A stretch of 33,003 bases of DNA from Chitinophagales bacterium (GTDB taxonomy: Bacteria > Bacteroidota > Bacteroidia > Chitinophagales > LD1), in the NCBI GenBank assembly GCA_044360745.1, contig JBIKJU010000003.1:1-33003 (forward strand), in the 5' to 3' direction. The notes under the pieces are model-generated. The model was not told the DNA's origin, searched no databases, and was given only the letters and a program-made list of their open reading frames with translations. The position numbers and the translations under genes were made by a program. Below are positions 7,646 to 16,666 of the stretch, one piece after another. Numbering within the stretch: position 1 is the stretch's first letter; each line of letters begins with the position of its first letter.

Positions 7646-9679
7646 ATGAAATTTGTTTTTACAACTGTGCTTTTATTTTCCATCTCAATTACAACGATAG
7701 CACAGCGTTTGCAATCAGTTGAACTCTTTACTGTTGAAAAAAAAGCGAAAGAAAAATATGGAAGTTTTGATATAAAAGAAAAAATTATAAACCACTATAT
7801 TGCACAAACTATCGACACAGGCGGAAATATTGCATTGGGCAAAAATGAGGCGGTAGATTTTATATTGCTAAAAGACGAAAATAGCACCTATCTCAACTAT
7901 CGTATTTTTACAAAAGATCCTAAAATTAATCGCATCCGAGTAGTCTTTTTGGTAGACACTTTAGAGCGTTTTTATGGAGCAGGAGTGCAGCCTTCACATT
8001 TTATACTCAATGGCCATCGATTTCCAATCATCACTATGGAAAATGGAATAGGTAGAGGCGATCAACCCATCTCTAAGTTTTCCAAAGTTTTGGGCATAAA
8101 TGGCGAAACAACCCATTCCTATTATCCGCTTCCACATGTTATATCTTCAGCCAATTATTCTTTGTCTTTAGCAGGGGCTTCTATTCATCATTTATCGTAT
8201 TTTGATTTTTCGCAAAATGGCAAAATCATCATTGACATAGAGAGCTCTTTTTTTTCTTGTCAAATTACACGTTCTCGAAATTTTAGCGATTTGTATAGGC
8301 AAAGTTATTTCTTGCCAACGAGTTCAAAAAATCAATATCCAGATTGGAGTTATGGCACCATTTTGGGAATACAAGGTGGTCGAGAAAAAGTAGAGTATAT
8401 TGTTGACTCTTGTTTGAAAATAGGCAATCCAATAAAGGCGATTTGGATTCAAGACTGGTGTGGAAGACGTAAAACTCGACTCGGCTCTCAACTCAAATGG
8501 GAGTGGAAACCCGACACTTCGCTTTATCCGGATTTCAAAAATTGGGTGGCATACATGAATCAAAAGGGAGTGAAGGTTTTGGGATATGTAAATCCTTTTT
8601 TGGCGATTAATACACCCATGTTTAAGGAAGCTGAAAAAAATGGATTTTTGATAAAAAACAAAAATGGCAAAGTGCACATTTTGCCTACTGGTGGTTTTGA
8701 AGCTGCACTTGTAAACTTGATAGATAAAAATGCAAAAGAATGGCTTACTCAGATTATAGAAAAAAACATGATCGAAAATGGACTGAGCGGATGGATGGCA
8801 GACTTTGGTGAGTGGTGTCCGCTATTTGTTGAAGATAGCATAAGCAACATTTTTTTCTCTCCTCATCTAGCTTGGAGCGAAGAATTTTTTGTAAACTATG
8901 CTGCTCGCAATAAGTATGTAGCAAACTGGGCAGAAGTCAACAACAATACTATTCAAAAATATCCTGACAACAATTTGCTGTTTTTTATGCGTGCTGGCGC
9001 TACACTTTCAAATCAACAATGCCCGATGTATTGGATGGGAGACCAAATGGTAGGTTGGGGAGAGCACGATGGCTTAAAATCAACGGTCACAGCCATGAAT
9101 AGTGCTGCTATGAGCGGCATTCATTATATCCATTCTGATATAGGAGGATACACCAGCGTCAACAATATTTTTATTAAACAACTTCGCGATGAAGAGCTCC
9201 TAGCTCGTTGGGCGGAGATCAATGTTTTTCAGCCATTTTTTAGAACACACGAAGGCCTTTTACCAAAGGGGAATCACCAAATCTATACGAACCAATCTTC
9301 GATGGAACATTTTGCGCGTATGGGGAGATTTCATTATGCACTAAAAGACTATCGAAAGCAATATGAATCGCGAAACAACCCCTTTCCGATGGCAAGGCCT
9401 TTAGTTTTAGATTACCCCAATGACCCTAACTGTTATGATTTAAAGTATCAGTTTATGTATGGTACAGAACTTATGGTAGCGCCAGTACTAGACCCAGAAG
9501 TTGACTCTCTCGAGGTATATGTCCCAAGAGGAGAGTGGACACATCTTTTTTCATCTAAAAGCATCACAGGTGGCAAAAAGATTAAAGTATACACACCTAT
9601 CGGCCAACCTGCTATTTTTGTAAAAACAAATTCATCTTGGAGGCCTTATTTTGAGTGGTTGATAAAAGAGTTTTTATAA
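7646..9679 (+). CDS. Glycoside hydrolase family 31, YihQ/sulfoquinovosidase-like, with signal peptide
   Basis: LGIQGG, IWIQDW, GYVNPFL, nucleophile WMADFGE, acid/base WMGDQ, HSDIGGY, RTHEG. N-terminal MKFVFTTVLLFSISITTIA-Q. Confidence 0.88.
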   Translation: MKFVFTTVLLFSISITTIAQRLQSVELFTVEKKAKEKYGSFDIKEKIINHYIAQTIDTGGNIALGKNEAVDFILLKDENSTYLNYRIFTKDPKINRIRVVFLVDTLERFYGAGVQPSHFILNGHRFPIITMENGIGRGDQPISKFSKVLGINGETTHSYYPLPHVISSANYSLSLAGASIHHLSYFDFSQNGKIIIDIESSFFSCQITRSRNFSDLYRQSYFLPTSSKNQYPDWSYGTILGIQGGREKVEYIVDSCLKIGNPIKAIWIQDWCGRRKTRLGSQLKWEWKPDTSLYPDFKNWVAYMNQKGVKVLGYVNPFLAINTPMFKEAEKNGFLIKNKNGKVHILPTGGFEAALVNLIDKNAKEWLTQIIEKNMIENGLSGWMADFGEWCPLFVEDSISNIFFSPHLAWSEEFFVNYAARNKYVANWAEVNNNTIQKYPDNNLLFFMRAGATLSNQQCPMYWMGDQMVGWGEHDGLKSTVTAMNSAAMSGIHYIHSDIGGYTSVNNIFIKQLRDEELLARWAEINVFQPFFRTHEGLLPKGNHQIYTNQSSMEHFARMGRFHYALKDYRKQYESRNNPFPMARPLVLDYPNDPNCYDLKYQFMYGTELMVAPVLDPEVDSLEVYVPRGEWTHLFSSKSITGGKKIKVYTPIGQPAIFVKTNSSWRPYFEWLIKEFL

Positions 9680-9742
9680 AAAAAGCTTTAGAAGGATAAA
9701 AGGAAATCTTAGAAAAACGTTAAAAATCATCCAAAACTTGCT

Positions 9743-9761
9743 ATTTAGATTTATTCTAAAT
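9743..9761. promoter_or_regulatory. 19-bp palindromic operator resembling the Bacteroidota Fur box
   Basis: ATTTAGATTTATTCTAAAT is one mismatch from the perfect palindrome ATTTAGAATnATTCTAAAT. It abuts a -7-like TAAAATTG (9761-9768) and ends 25 nt before ATG 9787. Confidence 0.7.
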
Positions 9762-9786
9762 AAAATTGCATTAAAATTACATCATT

Positions 9787-10113
9787 ATGAAAAAGTTTGT
9801 AGCTGTCAACTACATTAGTTGTCAACCAGAATATACCGAAAGGTTTGAAGAGCTTTTTGCAACAAGAGCGAAAGCAATAGATACAATGCCGGGCTTTCAT
9901 GAAATGTTTGTTCTGAAACCCAATAAGCCAGGGGAAGATTATTTAATCGTGAGCCACTGGGACAGCGAGGAGCACTTTAAGGCATGGACAAGTTCACCAG
10001 CTTTTATCGAAGGGCACAAAAGAGGATTTGAAGATATACGAAAAGCAAAGGAAGAAGGGAGAACGCCACCTATGACCTCATCATTTAAAACCTATGACGT
10101 CATTGCAAACTGA
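9787..10113 (+). CDS. Antibiotic biosynthesis monooxygenase (ABM) family protein, IsdG/HmoA-like
   Basis: FVAVN, FEELFATR, MPGFHEMFVLKP, YLIVSHWDSEEHFKAWTSSPAFIEGH, with the Asn/Trp/His pattern of IsdG-type heme-degrading enzymes. Confidence 0.85.
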   Translation: MKKFVAVNYISCQPEYTERFEELFATRAKAIDTMPGFHEMFVLKPNKPGEDYLIVSHWDSEEHFKAWTSSPAFIEGHKRGFEDIRKAKEEGRTPPMTSSFKTYDVIAN

Positions 10114-10231
10114 TAAAATCATATCATATCTCAAAAAACTGGGCTGGGCAGGCTTTTTGTTTTTTTTAATCAAAGGTTTATTGTGGCTTATTATTCCGTA
10201 TCTAATAGCCAAGGGATTATGGCCTAAGTGA
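10094..10231 (+). CDS. Small membrane protein (45 aa), not in ORF track
   Basis: MTSLQTDKIISYLKKLGWAGFLFFLIKGLLWLIIPYLIAKGLWPK*. Overlaps the ABM 3' end by 20 nt. I recognise the G-x-AGFLFFLIKGLLWL motif from small Bacteroidota proteins. Confidence 0.75.
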   Translation: MTSLQTDKIISYLKKLGWAGFLFFLIKGLLWLIIPYLIAKGLWPK

Positions 10232-10234
10232 TGA

Positions 10235-11158
10235 TTAACTTAATTTTCCTCTCAAAAAACCCCGTATATCCTCATACGCCCTTATAGCTTCTGGAGCTAC
10301 TTTCGGCAAATTAAAGAACCCGTGTATAAGACCTTTGTATTCTTTATATTCGGCAGGCACACCTGCGGATACTAGCTTTTTGTAATATTCGGCACCATCA
10401 TCTATTAGCGGGTCGTATTCGGCAGTTATGACAATAGCAGGTGCTAAGCCTTCAAAATTTTCTTTATAAATTGGCGAAACATCAGGGTGGCACCTTTCGT
10501 CTATGTTAGGAGTGTACTTTTCCTGAAACCAAAACATTTTTTCTTTGGTGAGCATATAGCCTTCTCCATTTCTGCTGATAGAAGGATTTGAGAGCTTGCC
10601 ATCAACCCAAGGATAAACAAGAACTTGAGCCGCTATTGTCAGTTTTTGCTCTTTTGCCTTATGCGCCATACATGCCGCTAGATTTGCGCCAGCGCTATCA
10701 CCAGCCAATATGATTATTGAGGCACTACCTCCTAATTCAGCTACATTTTCGAACACCCACGATAAAACACTCCAAGCATCGAGGTGTGCCGCTGGGAACG
10801 TATGCTCAGGGGCTAGTCTGTAGTCAACAGACACCACTATGCATTGATTCATATTGCACAGTCTCCTGCACACCAAGTCGTGCGAATCTAAACCATAGAG
10901 CACAAAGCCTCCCCCGTGGTAGTAGATCATAACGGGCAAATTGTTTTTATCAGAAGGCTTATAAATTCTACACCCAATGCCATTGATAGATTTGTCCATT
11001 GCGCTGTATACTTTTTGCTTCGAATCATATAAAAACGAACCAATTTTTACGGCTTGTTCTGCCTTTTTGCGCATAGTTTTTATATCTGTATCAGTTGCAT
11101 CACCTAGTGGCTTTTGAAATTTAGCAAAGGCTAAAACGAGCTTAACTTTCCAGTTCAT
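10235..11158 (-). CDS. Alpha/beta hydrolase, hormone-sensitive lipase family (Aes-like esterase)
   Basis: HGGGF, VDYRLAPEH, GDSAG, AEYDPL, HGF. Confidence 0.92.
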   Translation of the reverse strand: MNWKVKLVLAFAKFQKPLGDATDTDIKTMRKKAEQAVKIGSFLYDSKQKVYSAMDKSINGIGCRIYKPSDKNNLPVMIYYHGGGFVLYGLDSHDLVCRRLCNMNQCIVVSVDYRLAPEHTFPAAHLDAWSVLSWVFENVAELGGSASIIILAGDSAGANLAACMAHKAKEQKLTIAAQVLVYPWVDGKLSNPSISRNGEGYMLTKEKMFWFQEKYTPNIDERCHPDVSPIYKENFEGLAPAIVITAEYDPLIDDGAEYYKKLVSAGVPAEYKEYKGLIHGFFNLPKVAPEAIRAYEDIRGFLRGKLS

Positions 11159-11225
11159 AGTTTTTGTTTATTATTGAAAAATAGCAAAATTGGTTAATTG
11201 TTGAAAACCTAAAGCCTAAAAAACT

Positions 11226-11254
11226 TTTGATAGTAGCTTATTTTGCTATGTTTG
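11226..11254 (+). promoter_or_regulatory. Bacteroidota promoter (-33 TTTG, -7 TATGTTTG) for the 11307 gene
   Basis: TTTG at 11226-11229 and TATGTTTG at 11247-11254. Confidence 0.55.
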
Positions 11255-11306
11255 AATTAGGATTAACTATTAATCCAGCTATTATTAACCTTAAAATCAC
11301 AACACA

Positions 11307-11507
11307 ATGGCAAAATTTATCACTGCTTACTGCATGAAAACAAAAGAGAAAGATGTACCTATGAAAGACGCTGTTATCACCAAAACAGCTAGAGGTGGCT
11401 ATATGGCTCAAGGAACAGACGGTAAAGGAAACAAAATGACCACTATGCTAGGCGAAGCTAGAGCTTTAGAAGCTGTAAAAGATGGCGTAGCTAAAAAAGG
11501 CTGGTAG
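11307..11507 (+). CDS. Small basic protein (66 aa), DUF5679-like
   Basis: AYCMKTKEK...MKDAVITKTARGGYMAQGT..GNKM pattern. 13 K/R versus 7 D/E. Has its own promoter and terminator. Confidence 0.8.
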   Translation: MAKFITAYCMKTKEKDVPMKDAVITKTARGGYMAQGTDGKGNKMTTMLGEARALEAVKDGVAKKGW

Positions 11508-11531
11508 TCTTTTTTCACTTAAGACTTAATC

Positions 11532-11562
11532 AAAACCCTGCTTCATTGAAGCGGGGTTTTTT
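11532..11562 (+). terminator. Intrinsic terminator of the 11307 gene
   Basis: AAAACCCTGCTTCA-T-TGAAGCGGGGTTTTTT. Confidence 0.88.
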
Positions 11563-11753
11563 GATTGTACAAACTTTGTTTTCAAAGCAATAAAAAGAGT
11601 CATTCCAACTATAGCATAACTTCTTCTCTTGCAATTTCTTTTTAGAAAAGGAAGTAAGTCTTGAAGGGTTTAGAACATTTAACCCTTGAATCTTAAGAGT
11701 TTTATTGCAGTTTTTTTGACTAAGAAATTTTTTGTTTCATCGATTTACAAAAC

Positions 11754-11786
11754 AAAAAATCCTGCCTCTATGAAGCAGGATTTTTT
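11754..11786 (-). terminator. Intrinsic (bidirectional-type) terminator of hup
   Basis: AAAAAATCCTGC-CTCTATGAA-GCAGGATTTTTT, 18 nt past the hup stop. Confidence 0.85.
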
Positions 11787-11804
11787 ATAGAAACAAGGAT
11801 ATAA

Positions 11805-12080
11805 TTACTTGTTTACTTTTTTAGCTAACAAAGTACCTGGTTTGAATTTAGCTACTTTTTTAGCTTTGATTTTGATTTCTTTTCCAGTACGTGGGTTACG
11901 TCCTGTACGAGCAGCTCTCTTAGAAGTAGAGAAAGTTCCGAAACCTACTAACGTTACTTTTCCACCTTTAGAAAGTGTAGTAGTAACAGCTCCTAAGAAT
12001 GCATCTAAAGCATCTCCTGCTTGAGTTTTTGTGACTTTAGCACTTTTTGCAATGCTATCGATCAAATCGCCTTTGTTCAT
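11805..12080 (-). CDS. hup: DNA-binding protein HU
   Basis: MNKGDLIDSIA, VTLVGFGTF, RAARTGRNPRTG, KFKPG. Confidence 0.97.
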   Translation of the reverse strand: MNKGDLIDSIAKSAKVTKTQAGDALDAFLGAVTTTLSKGGKVTLVGFGTFSTSKRAARTGRNPRTGKEIKIKAKKVAKFKPGTLLAKKVNK

Positions 12081-12401
12081 GATTTTTTGATTTTTGGGTT
12101 AAACAATACACAATGATACGCCACAACCTCTCTATTATCAAGCGTTTCAGCCGTTTAATGTGTTGATAACGACCGCTATTATTAGGTTAACAGCTAGCTA
12201 AAATCTTGTAAAGTGCTGAATTTCAATAGTATAAGAAACAACAGGGTTTGTAAAAAAAGGCCATATGATGTTGATAAATTAGTCTGCTATTTTAAGGTTA
12301 AACCCTTTGTTTATAGTGCTTTCAAGCTTTTTTATAATTATAAAATGGAACTAAGCAACTAATTTTTCTGCTATTATTTAAAATTTGATTAACTTTGAAA
12401 T

Positions 12402-12602
12402 ATGACTAAACTTAAGGTAATTGTTTTTGCTATAGGCTTTATTGCTGTATTAGGAATGGGGTGTAACTCTAATAAAGTTTCGTGCCCAACGTATGCTAAT
12501 TCTTTTCCAGAAAAAAAATCTAAGACGAAACCAGGCGCACAAAAACCGCAGCTACCAAAAGCCACAAAGCCAAAAAGTGGAGTATTGCCACCTGGTAGAT
12601 AA
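12402..12602 (+). CDS. Small lipoprotein with a CPTY motif and K/P-rich tail
   Basis: Signal peptide II ending LGMG-C. TAACTTTG -7 element at 12390-12397. Confidence 0.7.
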   Translation: MTKLKVIVFAIGFIAVLGMGCNSNKVSCPTYANSFPEKKSKTKPGAQKPQLPKATKPKSGVLPPGR

Positions 12603-12613
12603 AAGATATTGAT

Positions 12614-13519
12614 ATGTCAATTTTTAAAACATTTCCACCAGAAAACGAATTAGTCAACTATGCTATTCCGTTTTTTATTTTGTTGTTAGTTATTGAAATA
12701 TTTATAAGCCATCGACTTAATAAAGAGATTTATCAATGGAAAGACGCATCTGCTTCTTTAACGATGGGAATAGTCTCGGCTGGTATCAACTTTTTTATGA
12801 AAGGCATTGCTTTTGGTGTTTACAGTATACTTTACGAATATCGACTTTTTGAAATAGGATGGGCTTGGTGGGCTTGGGTGCTCATTTTTATAGCTGATGA
12901 CCTTACTTTTTATTGGCATCATCGCTTAAGCCATGAAGTGCGAATACTTTGGGCAGCTCATGTCAATCACCACTCATCACAGTACTATACATTAGCAACA
13001 GCTTTAAGACAAAGTTGGGCGGAGCTATTTTACAAATACATTTGGTGGTTATGGTTGCCGCTTATTGGCTTTCATCCTATTATGATTTTGATGATGATGT
13101 CTGTTTCTCTAATTTATCAATTTTGGCCACACACAGAGTTTATTCATAAACTACCAGCTTGGTTTGAATATGTTTTTAATACGCCATCGCATCATCGAGT
13201 GCATCATGCTTCTAATGTTCGCTATCTTGATAGAAATCACGGGGGTATTTTGATTATATGGGATAGACTTTTTGGAACATTTAGTGGGGAGGTAGATAGT
13301 GAAAAACCAATTTACGGAATTACTACTAACATCGATACATACAACCCGTTTAAAATAGCTACTCATGAATTTTTGGCTATTTGGCAAGATGTTAAAAGCG
13401 CTAGGGGTTGGGGCAATAAAATCAAATATATCTTTTATCCACCAGGCTGGAGCGCAGACGGTAAAGACCAAACAGCCAATACGCTCAGAAAACAATTTTT
13501 TAGCCAAGAAAAAAAATAA
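12614..13519 (+). CDS. Sterol desaturase/fatty acid hydroxylase family protein (alkylglycerol monooxygenase-like)
   Basis: His boxes YWHHRLSH, WAAHVNHHSS, QFWPHTE, TPSHHRVHH, plus IIWDRLFGTF. Confidence 0.9.
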   Translation: MSIFKTFPPENELVNYAIPFFILLLVIEIFISHRLNKEIYQWKDASASLTMGIVSAGINFFMKGIAFGVYSILYEYRLFEIGWAWWAWVLIFIADDLTFYWHHRLSHEVRILWAAHVNHHSSQYYTLATALRQSWAELFYKYIWWLWLPLIGFHPIMILMMMSVSLIYQFWPHTEFIHKLPAWFEYVFNTPSHHRVHHASNVRYLDRNHGGILIIWDRLFGTFSGEVDSEKPIYGITTNIDTYNPFKIATHEFLAIWQDVKSARGWGNKIKYIFYPPGWSADGKDQTANTLRKQFFSQEKK

Positions 13520-13570
13520 GTCACCATATTGTTCAATATTCAGTAATATTGCATTCTGAAATTGATAAAA

Positions 13571-14080
13571 ATGCGATATGCCATTTGTTTTAGCTTGCTG
13601 ACGGTGTTGTTGGTGGGTTGCAAGTACAAGGATAGTTGGGAAACCAAAGTAATAAACAAAGAATTTTCGATGGCCGTACCATCTTATTTAAAGGTAGATG
13701 ATGAAGTGAAACCTGATGCCCCTTTTGGCTATGCCAATCGTTTCAGAAATATTTATACTACAGTTTTTAGCGAAACTAAAGATACGATAAAGGATAGTTT
13801 TGCTTTATATTATCAAAAGCAAATACAAATCATAAAAAAGGTTTTAGAAAAGCCCGGTATCAGCGACTCTAGTTATATAAAACTAGGTGGTGCAACAGGC
13901 GTACACACCGAAATATATGGTAAAATGCAAGGCGAAAACATTTATTATTCGCATTTACTTCTTGAAACAAACACCAAGTACTATCAAGTCTGTGTGTGGA
14001 CAAGAGGCGAAGAGCGCAAATTGAAATACGGCAAAGATATTGAGCAAATTTTGTTCTCGTTTAAATTACTCCAACCTTAA
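13571..14080 (+). CDS. Hypothetical lipoprotein
   Basis: MRYAICFSLLTVLLVG-C lipobox from ATG 13571. Confidence 0.75.
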   Translation: MRYAICFSLLTVLLVGCKYKDSWETKVINKEFSMAVPSYLKVDDEVKPDAPFGYANRFRNIYTTVFSETKDTIKDSFALYYQKQIQIIKKVLEKPGISDSSYIKLGGATGVHTEIYGKMQGENIYYSHLLLETNTKYYQVCVWTRGEERKLKYGKDIEQILFSFKLLQP

Positions 14081-14679
14081 TGGTTTTTGCTATACCCTTC
14101 ATATCTGCAGGTATCGGATGGTTTACCAATTGGCTGGCTATTAAAATGCTATTTAATCCCAAGGAAAAAACAAACTTTATTTTATTCAGTTGGCAAGGTT
14201 TATTTCCGGCAAACCAAGCTGAAATATCTGCAAAGGTAGGCAAAATGGTAGCTGAAGAACTTTTAAGTCCACAAGATGTAAAAGCTGTAGCCAACTCGCC
14301 CGAGCAACTTCTGAAACTTCGAAAATTAGTGGAGGGAAAAATGGATGAATATTTGTTTGAGGTTTTTCCTAGTCGACATAAAATTTTATCAGCTCTTATT
14401 CCAAATTCCAAAATGAATGAAATGAAAATGGAGTTGCTAGAAGAGGTAGATAAAGCAGTGCCCGAAATGATAGATGCGTATCTAAAAACGGTAGAGGAAA
14501 AGTTTGATGTAGCAAAGATAATTTTCGAGCGAATGTCAGTTTTGGAAGTAGACAAACTCGAAAAGCTTTTAATGTCAATTTTGGCGAAGGAATTTAGATT
14601 TGTAGAGCTGTTAGGTGGGGTAATTGGATTTTTAATAGGTCTTATGCAAGTGCTTATGATTAAACTCTCTTTAATTTAA
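14080..14679 (+). CDS. DUF445 family membrane protein
   Basis: PFISAGIGWFTNWLAIKMLFNP and KEFRFVELLGGVIGFLIGLMQ. TAATG coupling to the upstream gene. Confidence 0.88.
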   Translation: MVFAIPFISAGIGWFTNWLAIKMLFNPKEKTNFILFSWQGLFPANQAEISAKVGKMVAEELLSPQDVKAVANSPEQLLKLRKLVEGKMDEYLFEVFPSRHKILSALIPNSKMNEMKMELLEEVDKAVPEMIDAYLKTVEEKFDVAKIIFERMSVLEVDKLEKLLMSILAKEFRFVELLGGVIGFLIGLMQVLMIKLSLI

Positions 14680-14690
14680 TAGATAAAACA

Positions 14691-16634
14691 ATGGCAAATA
14701 AGTCAACAACGAATCAACTCTCGGCAGCAGGAATGCTAATAACATTAGGTATAATATTTGGAGATATCGGCACATCTCCAATATACGTGCTGAAAGCAAT
14801 AATAAGCGGACACACATTGAGTAAAGAGTTAATCCTTGGTGGAGTTTCCTGTGTTTTTTGGACATTGCTTTTGGTTACAACTTTAAAGTATGTTTATCTT
14901 GCACTCAATGCAGACAATAAAGGGGAGGGCGGCATTTTTGCTTTATATGCATTAATTAGACGATACAAGGTCAAGTGGACTATTTATCCAGCCATCATTG
15001 GGTGTGCTACACTTATCGCAGACGGATTTATCACTCCTCCTATTTCCATTTCCTCTGCTGTAGAAGGGTTGCAAATTATTTTTCCTGAGCTGACTACTGT
15101 GGTGCCGATTGTTATTGTTATTCTCACTGCCCTTTTCGTTTTTCAACAATTTGGAACAAATGTAGTTGGAGGCTTTTTTGGCCCTATAATGCTTGTTTGG
15201 TTTAGTATGATCGCCATTTTAGGCGTTCGTCAAATCATCATTCACCCAGAAGTACTACAAGCTGTAAATCCATACTGGGCTTTTAATCTTCTTATCAATG
15301 AGCCTAGTGGATTTTGGCTGTTAGGTGCCGTATTTTTATGTACTACTGGGGGTGAGGCACTATATTCAGATTTAGGACATTGTGGCAAAGAAAATATAAG
15401 ACTTAGCTGGGGGTTTGTGATTATCAGCTTGCTACTCAGTTATTTTGGACAATCAGCATACTTATTAGAAGGATTAAAAATAGGTCTTGTCGCAGAGAAA
15501 CCTTTTTTTGAAATTATGCCATCTTGGTTTTTGCCGTATGGCATAGCCGTTGCTACTTTAGCTACTATTATTGCATCGCAGGCGCTCATCACAGGCTGTT
15601 TCACGTTAGTAAACGAAGCTATGAAACTCAGACTTTGGCCAAATATGAAAGTAGTGTACCCTACCAATGATCAAGGCCAGATATATATCCCCGCTATTAA
15701 CTGGTTTATCTATGCAGGTTGTTTGGCTGTAGTGTATGTATTCAGAGAGTCAAGCGCTATGGAAGCGGCATACGGTTTAGCAATAATCATGGATATGCTT
15801 ATGACCACTACGCTCATGATTTATTTGTTTTATTTTAGAAAAAAACCAACATGGACTATTATCTTATTTGGCGCATTTTTTTATTTGATAGAAGGCGCAT
15901 TTTTCTTCTCAAATCTTGAAAAATTCCCACATGGTGGATGGTTTACATTCTTAATTTCACTTGGTATTTTTATTGGCATGTTTGTGTTTTATCGTGCTCG
16001 CCAATTGAGAGCTCAGCATCTAGAATTTACTCCTATAAAAGACTATGTAGACCCACTAAAAGACTTAATGAAAGACGAGAGTATTCCTAAAGAAGCAAAC
16101 AACCTAGTGTATCTTTGTATGGCTAATGACAAAAGCCATATAGACTCTAACATTATTTATTCTATTTTTAGAAAACGACCAAAGCGTGCAGATATATATT
16201 GGTTTGTGCATGTGCATATTTCAAGCGAACCATATGGAGCTTCTTATGCTGTAGATACAATCATACCGGGCAGATGTTTTTTTGTGCGACTAAAGTTTGG
16301 CTTTAAGGTAGAGCATAAAGTAAATCTTATGTTTAGGCAAATAGTAGAAGAAATGGTAGCCAATGGCGAAGTAGACGAAATTAGTCACTACCCATCATTG
16401 AGAAAATACAATATGCCTGCTGATTTTAAATTCATTATCCTCAACTCTCGAGTTGCTATTGATGATGCCCTCACTCCTATGGAGCAATTTTTTGTAAAAG
16501 GATATCGGTTGATTAAAAAATTTAGCCTTTCAACTTCAGAAGATTTCGGATTAGAGTTAACCAATGTAGAAGAGGAAAAAGTGCCTATACGGGTTAAGTC
16601 ACCGACTAAAATTCAGCTAACGAGGGTAGGGTAG
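14691..16634 (+). CDS. kup: KUP/HAK/KT potassium transporter
   Basis: LGIIFGDIGTSPIY, ADNKGEGGIFALY, GEALYSDLGH, IIASQALITG, GQIYIPAINW. Confidence 0.96.
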   Translation: MANKSTTNQLSAAGMLITLGIIFGDIGTSPIYVLKAIISGHTLSKELILGGVSCVFWTLLLVTTLKYVYLALNADNKGEGGIFALYALIRRYKVKWTIYPAIIGCATLIADGFITPPISISSAVEGLQIIFPELTTVVPIVIVILTALFVFQQFGTNVVGGFFGPIMLVWFSMIAILGVRQIIIHPEVLQAVNPYWAFNLLINEPSGFWLLGAVFLCTTGGEALYSDLGHCGKENIRLSWGFVIISLLLSYFGQSAYLLEGLKIGLVAEKPFFEIMPSWFLPYGIAVATLATIIASQALITGCFTLVNEAMKLRLWPNMKVVYPTNDQGQIYIPAINWFIYAGCLAVVYVFRESSAMEAAYGLAIIMDMLMTTTLMIYLFYFRKKPTWTIILFGAFFYLIEGAFFFSNLEKFPHGGWFTFLISLGIFIGMFVFYRARQLRAQHLEFTPIKDYVDPLKDLMKDESIPKEANNLVYLCMANDKSHIDSNIIYSIFRKRPKRADIYWFVHVHISSEPYGASYAVDTIIPGRCFFVRLKFGFKVEHKVNLMFRQIVEEMVANGEVDEISHYPSLRKYNMPADFKFIILNSRVAIDDALTPMEQFFVKGYRLIKKFSLSTSEDFGLELTNVEEEKVPIRVKSPTKIQLTRVG

Positions 16635-16666
16635 AATTATTTTATTTTACTAATACTGTTTCAACT

